Source: an uncultured Eudoraea sp.
GTDB lineage: Bacteria > Bacteroidota > Bacteroidia > Flavobacteriales > Flavobacteriaceae
DNA: 64,000 nucleotides
Assembly: GCA_947258405.1 (NCBI GenBank)
Contig: CAMYIE010000003.1
Span: forward strand, 58,653 to 122,652
Reading direction: 5' to 3'
The notes under the pieces were generated by a model that worked only from the letters and a program-made list of their open reading frames with translations, did not search any database and was not told the DNA's origin. The position numbers and the translations under genes are program-made. How positions within the stretch are numbered: position 1 is the stretch's first letter; the number at the start of each line of letters is the position of its first letter. Of this stretch, positions 55,828-64,000 are shown one piece after another.

Positions 55828-58800
55828 ATGTTTTCTAAGAATTTTGATAAATGGGACACCATCCTTGGATGGGTCGTTTTTTTTATAGCCATTGTGGTCT
55901 ATGGCATCACCGTTGAACCTACAGGGAGCTTTTGGGATGCAGGCGAATATATAACCACTTCGGCCAAACTTCAGGTGGCACACCCCCCTGGTGCTCCACT
56001 GTTGCAGATGATGGGTGCTTTCTTTTCGATGTTTGCACTGGAAGCCGACCAAATTGCCAGGATGGTGAATTATGTGTCTTCCTTTTCAAGCGCCTTTACC
56101 ATATTATTCATGTTCTGGACGATTACCAACCTTACCAGGAAACTGATCTCAGGAGAAGGAAACTTTACCAACAACAAAGCCATTGCGGTGCTGGGAAGTG
56201 CTGTTGTAGGCGCCCTGGCCTTTACCTTTTCAGATAGCTTCTGGTTTAATGCAGTAGAAACTGAGGTCTATGCCATGGCAAGCCTTATTATGGCCCTGCT
56301 CCTCTGGTTAGGATTAAAGTGGACAGACAATCTGGATGACCCCAGAGGACATAGATGGCTTATTCTGATCTGCTTTGTGGTCGGACTCACCTTCGGTGTT
56401 CAGTTTATGGGGTTTCTGGCTATCCCCTCCATAGGACTGCTGTACTATTTTAAAAAATATAAGACCACAACCGCTAAGAACTTTCTTATAGCAAACATTG
56501 CCGTGGTTGCCATACTGATGCTGGTCTATAAATTTTCCCTTACCTACGTCCTGAAATTATTTGGATGGAGTGAAGTGTTTTTTATCAATAGTATCGGCCT
56601 TCCTTTTAATTCCGGCACCCTTATTATGGGTCTGGTATTCGCTGCGGCTTTTTACTTCGGCCTGAGATATACACGAAATAACAATTACCGTATCGCCAAC
56701 ACACTGGTGCTATGTGCACTCTTTATTTTTCTCGGGTTCTCCACATGGCTGATATTGCCCATTCGTGCCAATGCCAATGTAGTGGTTAACGAAAATAACC
56801 CCGCCGATGCCAGGGCACTTTTGGCCTATTATAATCGTGAACAATATCCGGGAGTTGACAGTCCTATTTATGGCAACTACTATTCCGATCTATTTGCACC
56901 TGCAGGTGAAGAAAAGGACGACAAACCTAAATATGAAAAAGATCTTAAGCTCGGCAAGTATGTAATAGTAAACCATTACAAAGATGCGCTTCAGGGAGGG
57001 AACCCCGACCATCGCGGGTTGCTGCCCAGGATGTGGTCCGATCAGCACGCGGAAAACTATATGAAGTTCTTTGGTCCGCTCGACTTTAGTATTAAGTCCT
57101 CGAATGAAGAACTCAGGAAAGCTGTAACAGAACTTAGAGCAGGTTATGAAAGAGGCGAAATCGATGAACAGCAATACATAAGTTTTCTACAACAATTCAG
57201 CGATTACCTCGAAGTAAAACCACCTACTATATGGGATAATATAGAGTATATGTTCAAATTTCAGTTTGGATATATGTATTGGCGATATTTCATGTGGAAT
57301 TTTGTAGGTAAAAAAGATGATGTACAGGGGAAGTACAATGGTCATGGCGAATGGCTTAGCGGGATAAAATTCATCGACAGTATTTTTCTGGGAAGTCAGG
57401 ATAATTTGCCTGGAGATGTGTTGGAAAACAAAGGACGGAATACCTATTTTTTCCTGCCACTTATTCTTGGAATTATAGGTCTGGTGTTTCAAATTACCCG
57501 AAACCCCAAACAGTTTTGGGTGCTATTCGTCTTCTTTATTTTCACCGGGCTGGCTATTCAGTTCTATACCAATCCCTACATCTTTCAGCCTCGTGAACGC
57601 GACTACTCACTGGTGGGTTCATTTTATATTTTTGCAATCTGGATAGGTTTAGGGGTTTATGCCTTATTCGATGAATTTAAAAAATGGATTACTCCTAAAA
57701 TCTGGGCCCCGGCGATAAGTCTTATCTGCCTTCTGGCTGTTCCGGTATTGATGGCAGCTCAGAATTGGGACGACCACGACCGCTCGGGTCGTTACACCGC
57801 CAGAGCGGCAGCAAAAGCTTACCTGGATTCCTGCCAGGAAGATGTTGGTGCCATGATTTTTACCATCGGGGACAACGATACTTTCCCGCTTTGGTATGTT
57901 CAGGAAATAGAGAATCACAGGACAGATGTTAGAATCATTTGTACCAGTTTATTTGCCACAGACTGGTACGTAGATCAGATGAAACGCAAGGCTTACAAAA
58001 GCGATCCCATACCTTCACAACTCACCCACAATCTTTACCGCTATGGAAACCGGGATGTTATTTATTTCCAGGGAATCACAGACAAAAGATGGGATATTAA
58101 AGACTTTATGAACTGGGTTGGGAGTGATAAACCTCAGACAAAATTCAGGTATATCCTTGAAAGACAGGGAGCCGATACCAGTGAATATCCAGAAAGCACC
58201 TTAGAGCTGGTTTATTATCCAACCAATAAGATCAGGATTCCGGTGAATAAGGATAATGTCCTCGCCAGTGGCCTTGTAAAGCCCGAGGATGCAGATTTGA
58301 TCGTAGATTATATCGATGTTGATCTTCCACAAAGCGCCCTTCCCAAAAACAGGATCATGATGCTCGATATCATGGCCAATAATGACTGGAAACGACCTAT
58401 CTATTTTTCAGGTGGAAGCTTCGACAAGGCCGAATATATATGGATGAAAGACTACCTGCAGCTCGATGGGCTTGCCTACAAGTTAGTGCCTATAAAAACC
58501 AAGAACCGCAGTGCATTTGAACTGGGAAGAATAGATACCGATCTTATGTACGATGTAGTGACGAATTGGGAATGGGGTAATTCGGGTAGTGACAAAATTT
58601 ACCACGATACTCAAACCCGGACACAGGGAATCTCTTTCCGAAGCAATCTCGCTAGACTGTCTGAGGCTTTGATCAGGGAAAACAAAACGGACAAGGCAAG
58701 GGAAATTCTGGATCTGGCAATGGAAAATATCCCGGTAAAACATTTCGGCTATTACACTTTTGTGGAACCCTTCGTGGATGGATACTACCGCGTCGGGGCT

Positions 58801-59178
58801 TCAGAAAAAGCAAGGGAGATCTTCGAAGAACTCAAAAAGATATACCAGGAAAGATTGGAATTTTACGCAGGTATCCCACTAGATGAGCAATACGACAATA
58901 TCGATGATATTATCTCAGACATGGAGGCTTACAGACGAATTATCGATATCACCATAGAACATGATCTCAGGGATGTTTCTGAACAGGAAACGCTTGTATT
59001 TAATGAGTACATCGATAAATTCAGGCATTTCTATCAGGATGAATTCCTGGAACAGTCTTCTCCTGAAGCAGATCAGGAGTTGATAGATACCGTTCCCGGT
59101 TCAGATGCGGTAGAAAACGATAGTACAACCGACGGAATTGATTCTCCTGAAACAAAGGATACAACGCTATCTAACTAG
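55828..59178 (+). CDS. DUF2723 domain-containing large membrane protein (TMEM260-like putative glycosyltransferase) with C-terminal soluble region
   Basis: The 1116-aa product has the N-terminal pattern VEPTGSFWDAGEYITTSAKLQVAHPPGAPLLQMMG, typical of DUF2723, and many TM segments. Confidence 0.75.
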   Translation: MFSKNFDKWDTILGWVVFFIAIVVYGITVEPTGSFWDAGEYITTSAKLQVAHPPGAPLLQMMGAFFSMFALEADQIARMVNYVSSFSSAFTILFMFWTITNLTRKLISGEGNFTNNKAIAVLGSAVVGALAFTFSDSFWFNAVETEVYAMASLIMALLLWLGLKWTDNLDDPRGHRWLILICFVVGLTFGVQFMGFLAIPSIGLLYYFKKYKTTTAKNFLIANIAVVAILMLVYKFSLTYVLKLFGWSEVFFINSIGLPFNSGTLIMGLVFAAAFYFGLRYTRNNNYRIANTLVLCALFIFLGFSTWLILPIRANANVVVNENNPADARALLAYYNREQYPGVDSPIYGNYYSDLFAPAGEEKDDKPKYEKDLKLGKYVIVNHYKDALQGGNPDHRGLLPRMWSDQHAENYMKFFGPLDFSIKSSNEELRKAVTELRAGYERGEIDEQQYISFLQQFSDYLEVKPPTIWDNIEYMFKFQFGYMYWRYFMWNFVGKKDDVQGKYNGHGEWLSGIKFIDSIFLGSQDNLPGDVLENKGRNTYFFLPLILGIIGLVFQITRNPKQFWVLFVFFIFTGLAIQFYTNPYIFQPRERDYSLVGSFYIFAIWIGLGVYALFDEFKKWITPKIWAPAISLICLLAVPVLMAAQNWDDHDRSGRYTARAAAKAYLDSCQEDVGAMIFTIGDNDTFPLWYVQEIENHRTDVRIICTSLFATDWYVDQMKRKAYKSDPIPSQLTHNLYRYGNRDVIYFQGITDKRWDIKDFMNWVGSDKPQTKFRYILERQGADTSEYPESTLELVYYPTNKIRIPVNKDNVLASGLVKPEDADLIVDYIDVDLPQSALPKNRIMMLDIMANNDWKRPIYFSGGSFDKAEYIWMKDYLQLDGLAYKLVPIKTKNRSAFELGRIDTDLMYDVVTNWEWGNSGSDKIYHDTQTRTQGISFRSNLARLSEALIRENKTDKAREILDLAMENIPVKHFGYYTFVEPFVDGYYRVGASEKAREIFEELKKIYQERLEFYAGIPLDEQYDNIDDIISDMEAYRRIIDITIEHDLRDVSEQETLVFNEYIDKFRHFYQDEFLEQSSPEADQELIDTVPGSDAVENDSTTDGIDSPETKDTTLSN

Positions 59179-59230
59179 CCGATGAATTACCTGGCCTTTT
59201 AAGGCTCAGCTCAAAAACCAAAAAAAGAGT

Positions 59231-59527
59231 TTAGAGATATTCGTTGAGTATGCCGATCAAGGTGTTGGCATCTTGTTCACCGCTTTGCCGCCAAACCATC
59301 TCACCTTTTTTATAGATCATCAAAGTAGGCAGTCCTTTGATACGCAGTGCCTGAGATAATTCTTTGTTCTTGTCTACATCTATCTTAATCACTTTACCCT
59401 TGTCGCCAAGTGCAGCAGCGACATCCCTGAGAACGGGGTGCATTGAGGTAGATTGTTCATTCCATTCGGCATAAAAGTCTAAGAGCACTGGAATGGTATG
59501 ATCTATAAGTTCACCGAATTTAGACAT
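59231..59527 (-). CDS. Thioredoxin-fold protein lacking the CxxC active site
   Basis: The 98-aa product is collinear with thioredoxin (VLLDFYAEW....., IKGLPTLMIYKKGE). However, WCGPC is replaced by WNEQS (TGG AAT GAA CAA TCT at 59450-59464, minus strand), and the protein has no Cys. Confidence 0.8.
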   Translation of the reverse strand: MSKFGELIDHTIPVLLDFYAEWNEQSTSMHPVLRDVAAALGDKGKVIKIDVDKNKELSQALRIKGLPTLMIYKKGEMVWRQSGEQDANTLIGILNEYL

Positions 59528-59618
59528 ATGTAAATCATTGGGTTATGCTTCAAAAGTAAGAAAAAATGATAAAAAATACATTCAAGACCATAATTTGCCT
59601 ATCCAAACTTTTTATCCT

Positions 59619-60848
59619 TTACACTACAGGCTTCTTTTTTAGCGTGATTACAGTAATCTCGGGCCATATACCAACCCTTCCCGGATATCCTATAAATCCG
59701 AAGCCTCGGTTAACGTTGATATACTGTCCCATCTCTTCATAAATACCAGCCCAGTATTTGTAACGCCATTTAACCGGGCTCCATTTTACAATTCCCGGTA
59801 TTTCTATACCGAACTGCATCCCATGGGTGTGTCCGCTAAGGGTAAGATGGTAATGCACCTCGTCTGGAACTACCTTATCTTCCCAATGCGAGGGATCATG
59901 GCTGAGCAGTATCTTAAAATCGTCACTGTCTATATCCGAACTGGCCTTTGCTAAATTGCCCGCTTTCTTGAATCCTCCACGACCCCAATTCTCCACTCCA
60001 ATCAATGCCAGTTTATCTTCCCCTTTATTCAAATAGCGACTTTCATTTAAAAGGAGATCGAAACCCATTTCGTGCTGCATTTCTTTTAAGTCTCTGAGAT
60101 TTTCCCGCTTTAATTCTTCGGTTGGCCAAGGAATATAGTCACCATAGTCGTGATTACCCAGAATAGAAAATTTCCCGTCAGGGGCTTCCAGTTTAGAAAA
60201 CAGCCCCGTCCAGGGTCTCATCTCTTCAGATTTATTGTTAACCATATCACCGGTAAAAAAGATGACATCGCTTTTCTGGCGGTTGATCAGGTCGATTGCG
60301 TAAGCGATCTTTTTACGGTTATCGAAACTCCCGCTATGTATATCCGATATTTGAGTGATCTGGTATCCATCGAAGGAAGGTGGAAGATCGTCGAATTCCA
60401 GATTGTATTTCAACACCTTGAAATTATACTTGCCACGATACATCCCATAAAGCAAAGCACTAAATGGAACGGCGGCAATGCCCATGGCCATCAGGCTGAG
60501 GAATCTTCGCCTTGTAGGTAATCCAAATTCCTGGTCCCTGCCATAAAACCTGGAGTACACAGCAGATATGAATCGGAAGATATCCTCTGAAAACAGGAAG
60601 AAAATTGTGATGATATTAAAAGTGAGCATTGCTATAAGAAAACCAAAAGCATAGCTCTTTGGTTTGCTCAACACTCGTCCCGGGTCGCCGCTCCAGGTAA
60701 ACTGATATATAAAATTTCCCAATACGACGATCGATAATGCCATAAAGACATAATATACCCACGGGAATCTGGTAGCCGTTTTTAAAGCCTGCAGGGTATA
60801 AAATCCCATGATCAGGTAAATAATTACAAAAACGATCCAGCGCAGCAT
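59619..60848 (-). CDS. Membrane-anchored metallophosphoesterase (calcineurin-like)
   Basis: The 409-aa product has 4-5 N-terminal TM segments, followed by QISDIHSG, GDMV, GNHD and SGHTHGMQ motifs. Confidence 0.8.
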   Translation of the reverse strand: MLRWIVFVIIYLIMGFYTLQALKTATRFPWVYYVFMALSIVVLGNFIYQFTWSGDPGRVLSKPKSYAFGFLIAMLTFNIITIFFLFSEDIFRFISAVYSRFYGRDQEFGLPTRRRFLSLMAMGIAAVPFSALLYGMYRGKYNFKVLKYNLEFDDLPPSFDGYQITQISDIHSGSFDNRKKIAYAIDLINRQKSDVIFFTGDMVNNKSEEMRPWTGLFSKLEAPDGKFSILGNHDYGDYIPWPTEELKRENLRDLKEMQHEMGFDLLLNESRYLNKGEDKLALIGVENWGRGGFKKAGNLAKASSDIDSDDFKILLSHDPSHWEDKVVPDEVHYHLTLSGHTHGMQFGIEIPGIVKWSPVKWRYKYWAGIYEEMGQYINVNRGFGFIGYPGRVGIWPEITVITLKKKPVV

Positions 60849-60902
60849 AAAGATTTTTTACAAATATATTTTATTAACAGAACTCCGCTTCGAAACAATC
60901 AT

Positions 60903-61625
60903 TTATTTAACTGTTTTTATGACATCTTCAATAATCTCATTGTCAGTTAAGGCAATTGCATCCTCTGAAAGCAGCCCTGGGGTCATCATTGAGACTTTTG
61001 AGCCGGAATCGAGGTTTTGATACATATTTATTCCTGATAAGTGTATGGCAGTGAAACCCAATGCTCTGAGTTCAAGGGCGATTTCAGATCTAATTCCCGC
61101 GGCTGGAATTATCTTACAATTCACCGCTTTATAATTTAGTTCCTTTAAGATTCCCATTCCTTCCAGGGCAGTATTCCCCTGTCCCGAGCTAAGTATATTG
61201 TCGACCCCTATTGCTTCTAATTCAGTAAGTGTCTGAATGGGATCTGCCACCCAGTCGAAGGCCCTGTGAAAAGTAAATTGCCGGCCGGCCGCACGCTCTA
61301 CCAGTGCCATCGTACGATCTTTGTCCAGAATAAACTCGGGATGAAGCACTCCGCTCACAATACCCTCAAAGCCCATTTCAACGCAGCGATCAATATCGGC
61401 AAGCATAACACTAAATTCAGCATCAGAATAACTGAAATGGCCGCTTCTGGGCCTTATAAGAATGTGCACCGGAATAGTCACCATTTCCCTGATTCTGCTC
61501 AGTACTCCATATGATGGCGTTATTCCACCTATGCCGAGTTCTGAACATAGTTCTAAACGGTCTGCTCCCGCCTTTTCAGCAATCAGGGCAGACTCCACCG
61601 AGTTAGCACATACCTCTACAATCAT
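60903..61625 (-). CDS. cutC: Copper homeostasis protein CutC family
   Basis: The 240-aa product begins MIVEVCANSVESALIAEKAGADRLELCSEL..GGITPSYG, a typical CutC N-terminus. Confidence 0.85.
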   Translation of the reverse strand: MIVEVCANSVESALIAEKAGADRLELCSELGIGGITPSYGVLSRIREMVTIPVHILIRPRSGHFSYSDAEFSVMLADIDRCVEMGFEGIVSGVLHPEFILDKDRTMALVERAAGRQFTFHRAFDWVADPIQTLTELEAIGVDNILSSGQGNTALEGMGILKELNYKAVNCKIIPAAGIRSEIALELRALGFTAIHLSGINMYQNLDSGSKVSMMTPGLLSEDAIALTDNEIIEDVIKTVK

Positions 61626-61667
61626 ATTGCCTATATTTAAATTTATAAATGTAAAGAAGGATACCGA

Positions 61668-62663
61668 ATGAACAGGAGAAAATTCATTGAAAAATCCACG
61701 CTTTCCACAGCAGGCATAATATCTGCTCCTCTATTAGCAAGAGAAAGAGCATATTCGGAAAACGACAGAACTAAGACCTTTGCTAAGGATGTAGTTAGAC
61801 CCATAGTAATTGCCACCTGGGATGTTCCCAACGCCACAGAAAAGGCCTGGCATATTCTTAGGAGCGACGGAAGCTCATTGGATGCCGTTGAGCAGGGAGT
61901 AATGATTGAGGAAGCAGATGAAAACAACCAGTCTGTCGGTAAAGGCGGCAGACCAGACAGGGATGGAAACGTAACTCTTGATGCCTGCATTATGGATAAA
62001 GATAGCAAATGCGGCTCGGTGGTCTACCTGCAAAATATAGTGCATCCAATATCGGTGGCCCGCAAGGTAATGGAAGAAACGCCTCATGTGATCCTGGCTG
62101 GCAGAGGGGCCGAACAATTTGCCTACGGCCTGGGATTTAAGAAAGATAAACTTCTGACTGAAAAATCTAGACAAGAATGGCTCCAATGGAAGAAGACCGC
62201 TCGATATGAACCAGTGATCAACATAGAAAATCACGATACCATTGGAATGTTGGCTATAGATGGTAATGGCGATTTGGCAGGGGCATGCACCACCAGTGGT
62301 ATGGCTTATAAAATAGCAGGTCGCGTGGGTGATTCTCCGATAATCGGTGCCGGACTTTTTGTAGACAACGAGGTTGGAGCTGCCACAGCTACTGGTGTGG
62401 GCGAAGAAGTAATTCGCACTGTGGGAAGTTTCCTCGTCGTGGAATTGATGCGACAAGGTAAGACCCCTCATCAAGCCTGCAAGGAAGCAGTTCAGCGCAT
62501 CATTGAAAAAAATAGTGACCAACCGGATTTTCAGATTGGCTTTATCGCGCTTAACAAAAATGGCGAAACCGGCGGGTATTGTATCCACCCCGGATTCTCA
62601 TATCGGGTATATTCCAAAGATGGTCATACGAACAATCCTTCCGATAGCTATCTGAATAAGTGA
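61668..62663 (+). CDS. N4-(beta-N-acetylglucosaminyl)-L-asparaginase (glycosylasparaginase, Ntn hydrolase)
   Basis: The 331-aa product has the Tat/Sec-like leader MNRRKFIEKSTLSTAGIISAPLLA, the autoprocessing site HDTIGMLAID and a GAATATGVGEEV motif. Confidence 0.85.
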   Translation: MNRRKFIEKSTLSTAGIISAPLLARERAYSENDRTKTFAKDVVRPIVIATWDVPNATEKAWHILRSDGSSLDAVEQGVMIEEADENNQSVGKGGRPDRDGNVTLDACIMDKDSKCGSVVYLQNIVHPISVARKVMEETPHVILAGRGAEQFAYGLGFKKDKLLTEKSRQEWLQWKKTARYEPVINIENHDTIGMLAIDGNGDLAGACTTSGMAYKIAGRVGDSPIIGAGLFVDNEVGAATATGVGEEVIRTVGSFLVVELMRQGKTPHQACKEAVQRIIEKNSDQPDFQIGFIALNKNGETGGYCIHPGFSYRVYSKDGHTNNPSDSYLNK

Positions 62664-62719
62664 AGGCTGATTTTAGTATATATTATTTGTAGATTTGATC
62701 TTCGTCAAAAACTACCGAA

Positions 62720-64000
62720 ATGGCCGAACAAAAGAGACTTTTTTTACTCGATGCCTACGCCCTGATATTCAGGGGTTACTATGCTCTTATAAAAAACCCC
62801 AGAATAAATTCAAAAGGGATGGATACCTCGGCGATTATGGGCTTTGTAAACTCCCTTTTTGATGTGATCAAAAGGGAAAAACCCGATCACCTTGCGGTTT
62901 GTTTCGATAAGGACGGAAGTACTGAGCGCACCGAGCTTTATCCCGAATACAAAGCCAACCGGGATGAGACTCCGGATGCGATCAGAATTGCCGTTCCCTA
63001 CATTCAGGAGATCCTTAAAGCTATGCATATCCCGGTGGTTGAGGTCTCGGGTTTGGAAGCAGATGATATCATAGGAACTTTGGCGAAACAGGCCGAAAAA
63101 GAAGGCTACAAAGTATATATGGTTACTCCTGATAAGGATTTCGGCCAGCTGGTATCTGAAAATATACTGATGTACAGGCCCTCACGTATGGGCAATGGAA
63201 TTGAGATATGGGGGATCCCCGAGATTCAACAACGTTTTGGTGTGGAACACCCTGAACAGGTGATCGACTATCTGGGAATGATGGGTGACGCCAGCGATAA
63301 CATTCCGGGACTTCCCGGTGTGGGGGACAAAACGGCCCGAAAATTTATAGCGGAATTTGGATCTATGGAAAACCTCCTCAGCAATACCGATCAGCTAAAA
63401 GGTAAAATGCGCGAAAAAGTTGAGGAGAATTCAGACTTAGGGCGACTCTCTAAAAAATTGGCAACAATTTGCATAACCTGCGATGTGAAATTCAATGCTG
63501 ATGATTACGAACTTTCCATGCCAGATGGGGATAAGGTTCAGGAAATATTTGAGGAATTGGAGTTCAGGCGTATTCGGGAACAGTTTATCAAAATCTTTAG
63601 TCCGCCAAATGAGGATTCGGCTAAGGAGATTGAAAGTGAAAGCCAGAAGCCCAAAAAAAATACCGCAGCCGGTAGCGGTCAATTTTCGCTTTTTGACGCT
63701 GAAGGCGGAGCTGCTACTATTAAAGAAGTTTCAGGCAGGAAAACCATATTGGATGTTCCTCATATGTATCAGACCGTTTCTGAAGGAATGGGAATGAAGT
63801 TATTTATTCAAAACCTGCTAAAACAGTCTTCGGTCTGTTTCGATACGGAAACCACCTCAATCAACCCTATTGAAGCCAAATTAGTAGGGATCGCTTTCTC
63901 ATGGGAAGCCGGCAAAGGGTATTATATCCCCTTCCCTGAAGAGCGAGAAGACGCCCAGAATATCCTGGAGGAATTGCGACCGTTTTTTGAAGACGAGTCT
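62720..64000 (+). CDS. polA: DNA polymerase I, an N-terminal 427-codon fragment that runs off the window
   Basis: The ATG at 62720 gives MAEQKRLFLLDAYALIFRGYYA...LEADDIIGTLA...DKDFGQL...GDASDNIPGLPGVGDKTA (5'-3' exonuclease domain). The ORF is not in the track because no stop lies within the window. Confidence 0.93.
   Translation, partial: MAEQKRLFLLDAYALIFRGYYALIKNPRINSKGMDTSAIMGFVNSLFDVIKREKPDHLAVCFDKDGSTERTELYPEYKANRDETPDAIRIAVPYIQEILKAMHIPVVEVSGLEADDIIGTLAKQAEKEGYKVYMVTPDKDFGQLVSENILMYRPSRMGNGIEIWGIPEIQQRFGVEHPEQVIDYLGMMGDASDNIPGLPGVGDKTARKFIAEFGSMENLLSNTDQLKGKMREKVEENSDLGRLSKKLATICITCDVKFNADDYELSMPDGDKVQEIFEELEFRRIREQFIKIFSPPNEDSAKEIESESQKPKKNTAAGSGQFSLFDAEGGAATIKEVSGRKTILDVPHMYQTVSEGMGMKLFIQNLLKQSSVCFDTETTSINPIEAKLVGIAFSWEAGKGYYIPFPEEREDAQNILEELRPFFEDES

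Noticed and set aside
61875-62588. A 237-aa minus-strand ORF lies antisense to the glycosylasparaginase gene. A related 121-aa ORF lies at 61643-62008.
   Set aside because: The plus-strand product has clear Ntn-hydrolase motifs and a leader peptide. The antisense translation is rich in Phe, His and Cys and has no recognisable domain.

Overview
This is a chromosomal segment from a Bacteroidota, Flavobacteriia-like genome. The evidence is a T9SS sprA next to ruvA, an alternative complex III operon fused to cytochrome oxidase genes, a DUF2723 giant membrane protein, and TAnnTTTG-type promoter boxes. Most of the window is core housekeeping. It holds sprA (partial), ruvA, maeB, two solute transporters and queG. 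After the accessory block come ruvB, pckA, actABCDEF plus cytochrome c oxidase II and I, a SPOR protein, rimP-nusA-infB, a cation/H+ antiporter and tRNA-Gln(UUG). The remaining core genes are a DUF2723 protein, a Cys-less thioredoxin-like protein, a metallophosphoesterase, cutC, glycosylasparaginase and polA (partial). Between queG (about 14.5 kb) and ruvB (about 33.3 kb) lies an accessory block of about 18.6 kb, transcribed almost entirely on the minus strand. It has no integrase, transposase, CRISPR array or flanking repeats. It is dense in envelope-signalling regulators and exported proteins of unknown function. One part is an ECF sigma / membrane TPR anti-sigma-like pair convergent with an exported TPR-CHAT (caspase-like) protein and an S8 subtilase lipoprotein. 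A second part is a secreted DUF4242 protein next to a DUF4242 / degenerate-cyclase / AraC regulator. A third part consists of diverged paralogous sets: two transmembrane AraC-TolB-N-like-TPR regulators, two Cys-containing lipoproteins with a shared structured leader, and two small PepSY-like exported proteins. The block also carries a SnoaL-like lipoprotein, a P450 and an exported alpha/beta hydrolase. These modules are the best candidates for an undescribed system, but every functional link among them is inference. Calls were made by reading the supplied ORF translations and the DNA by eye. No database search, alignment program or RNA-folding program was run.
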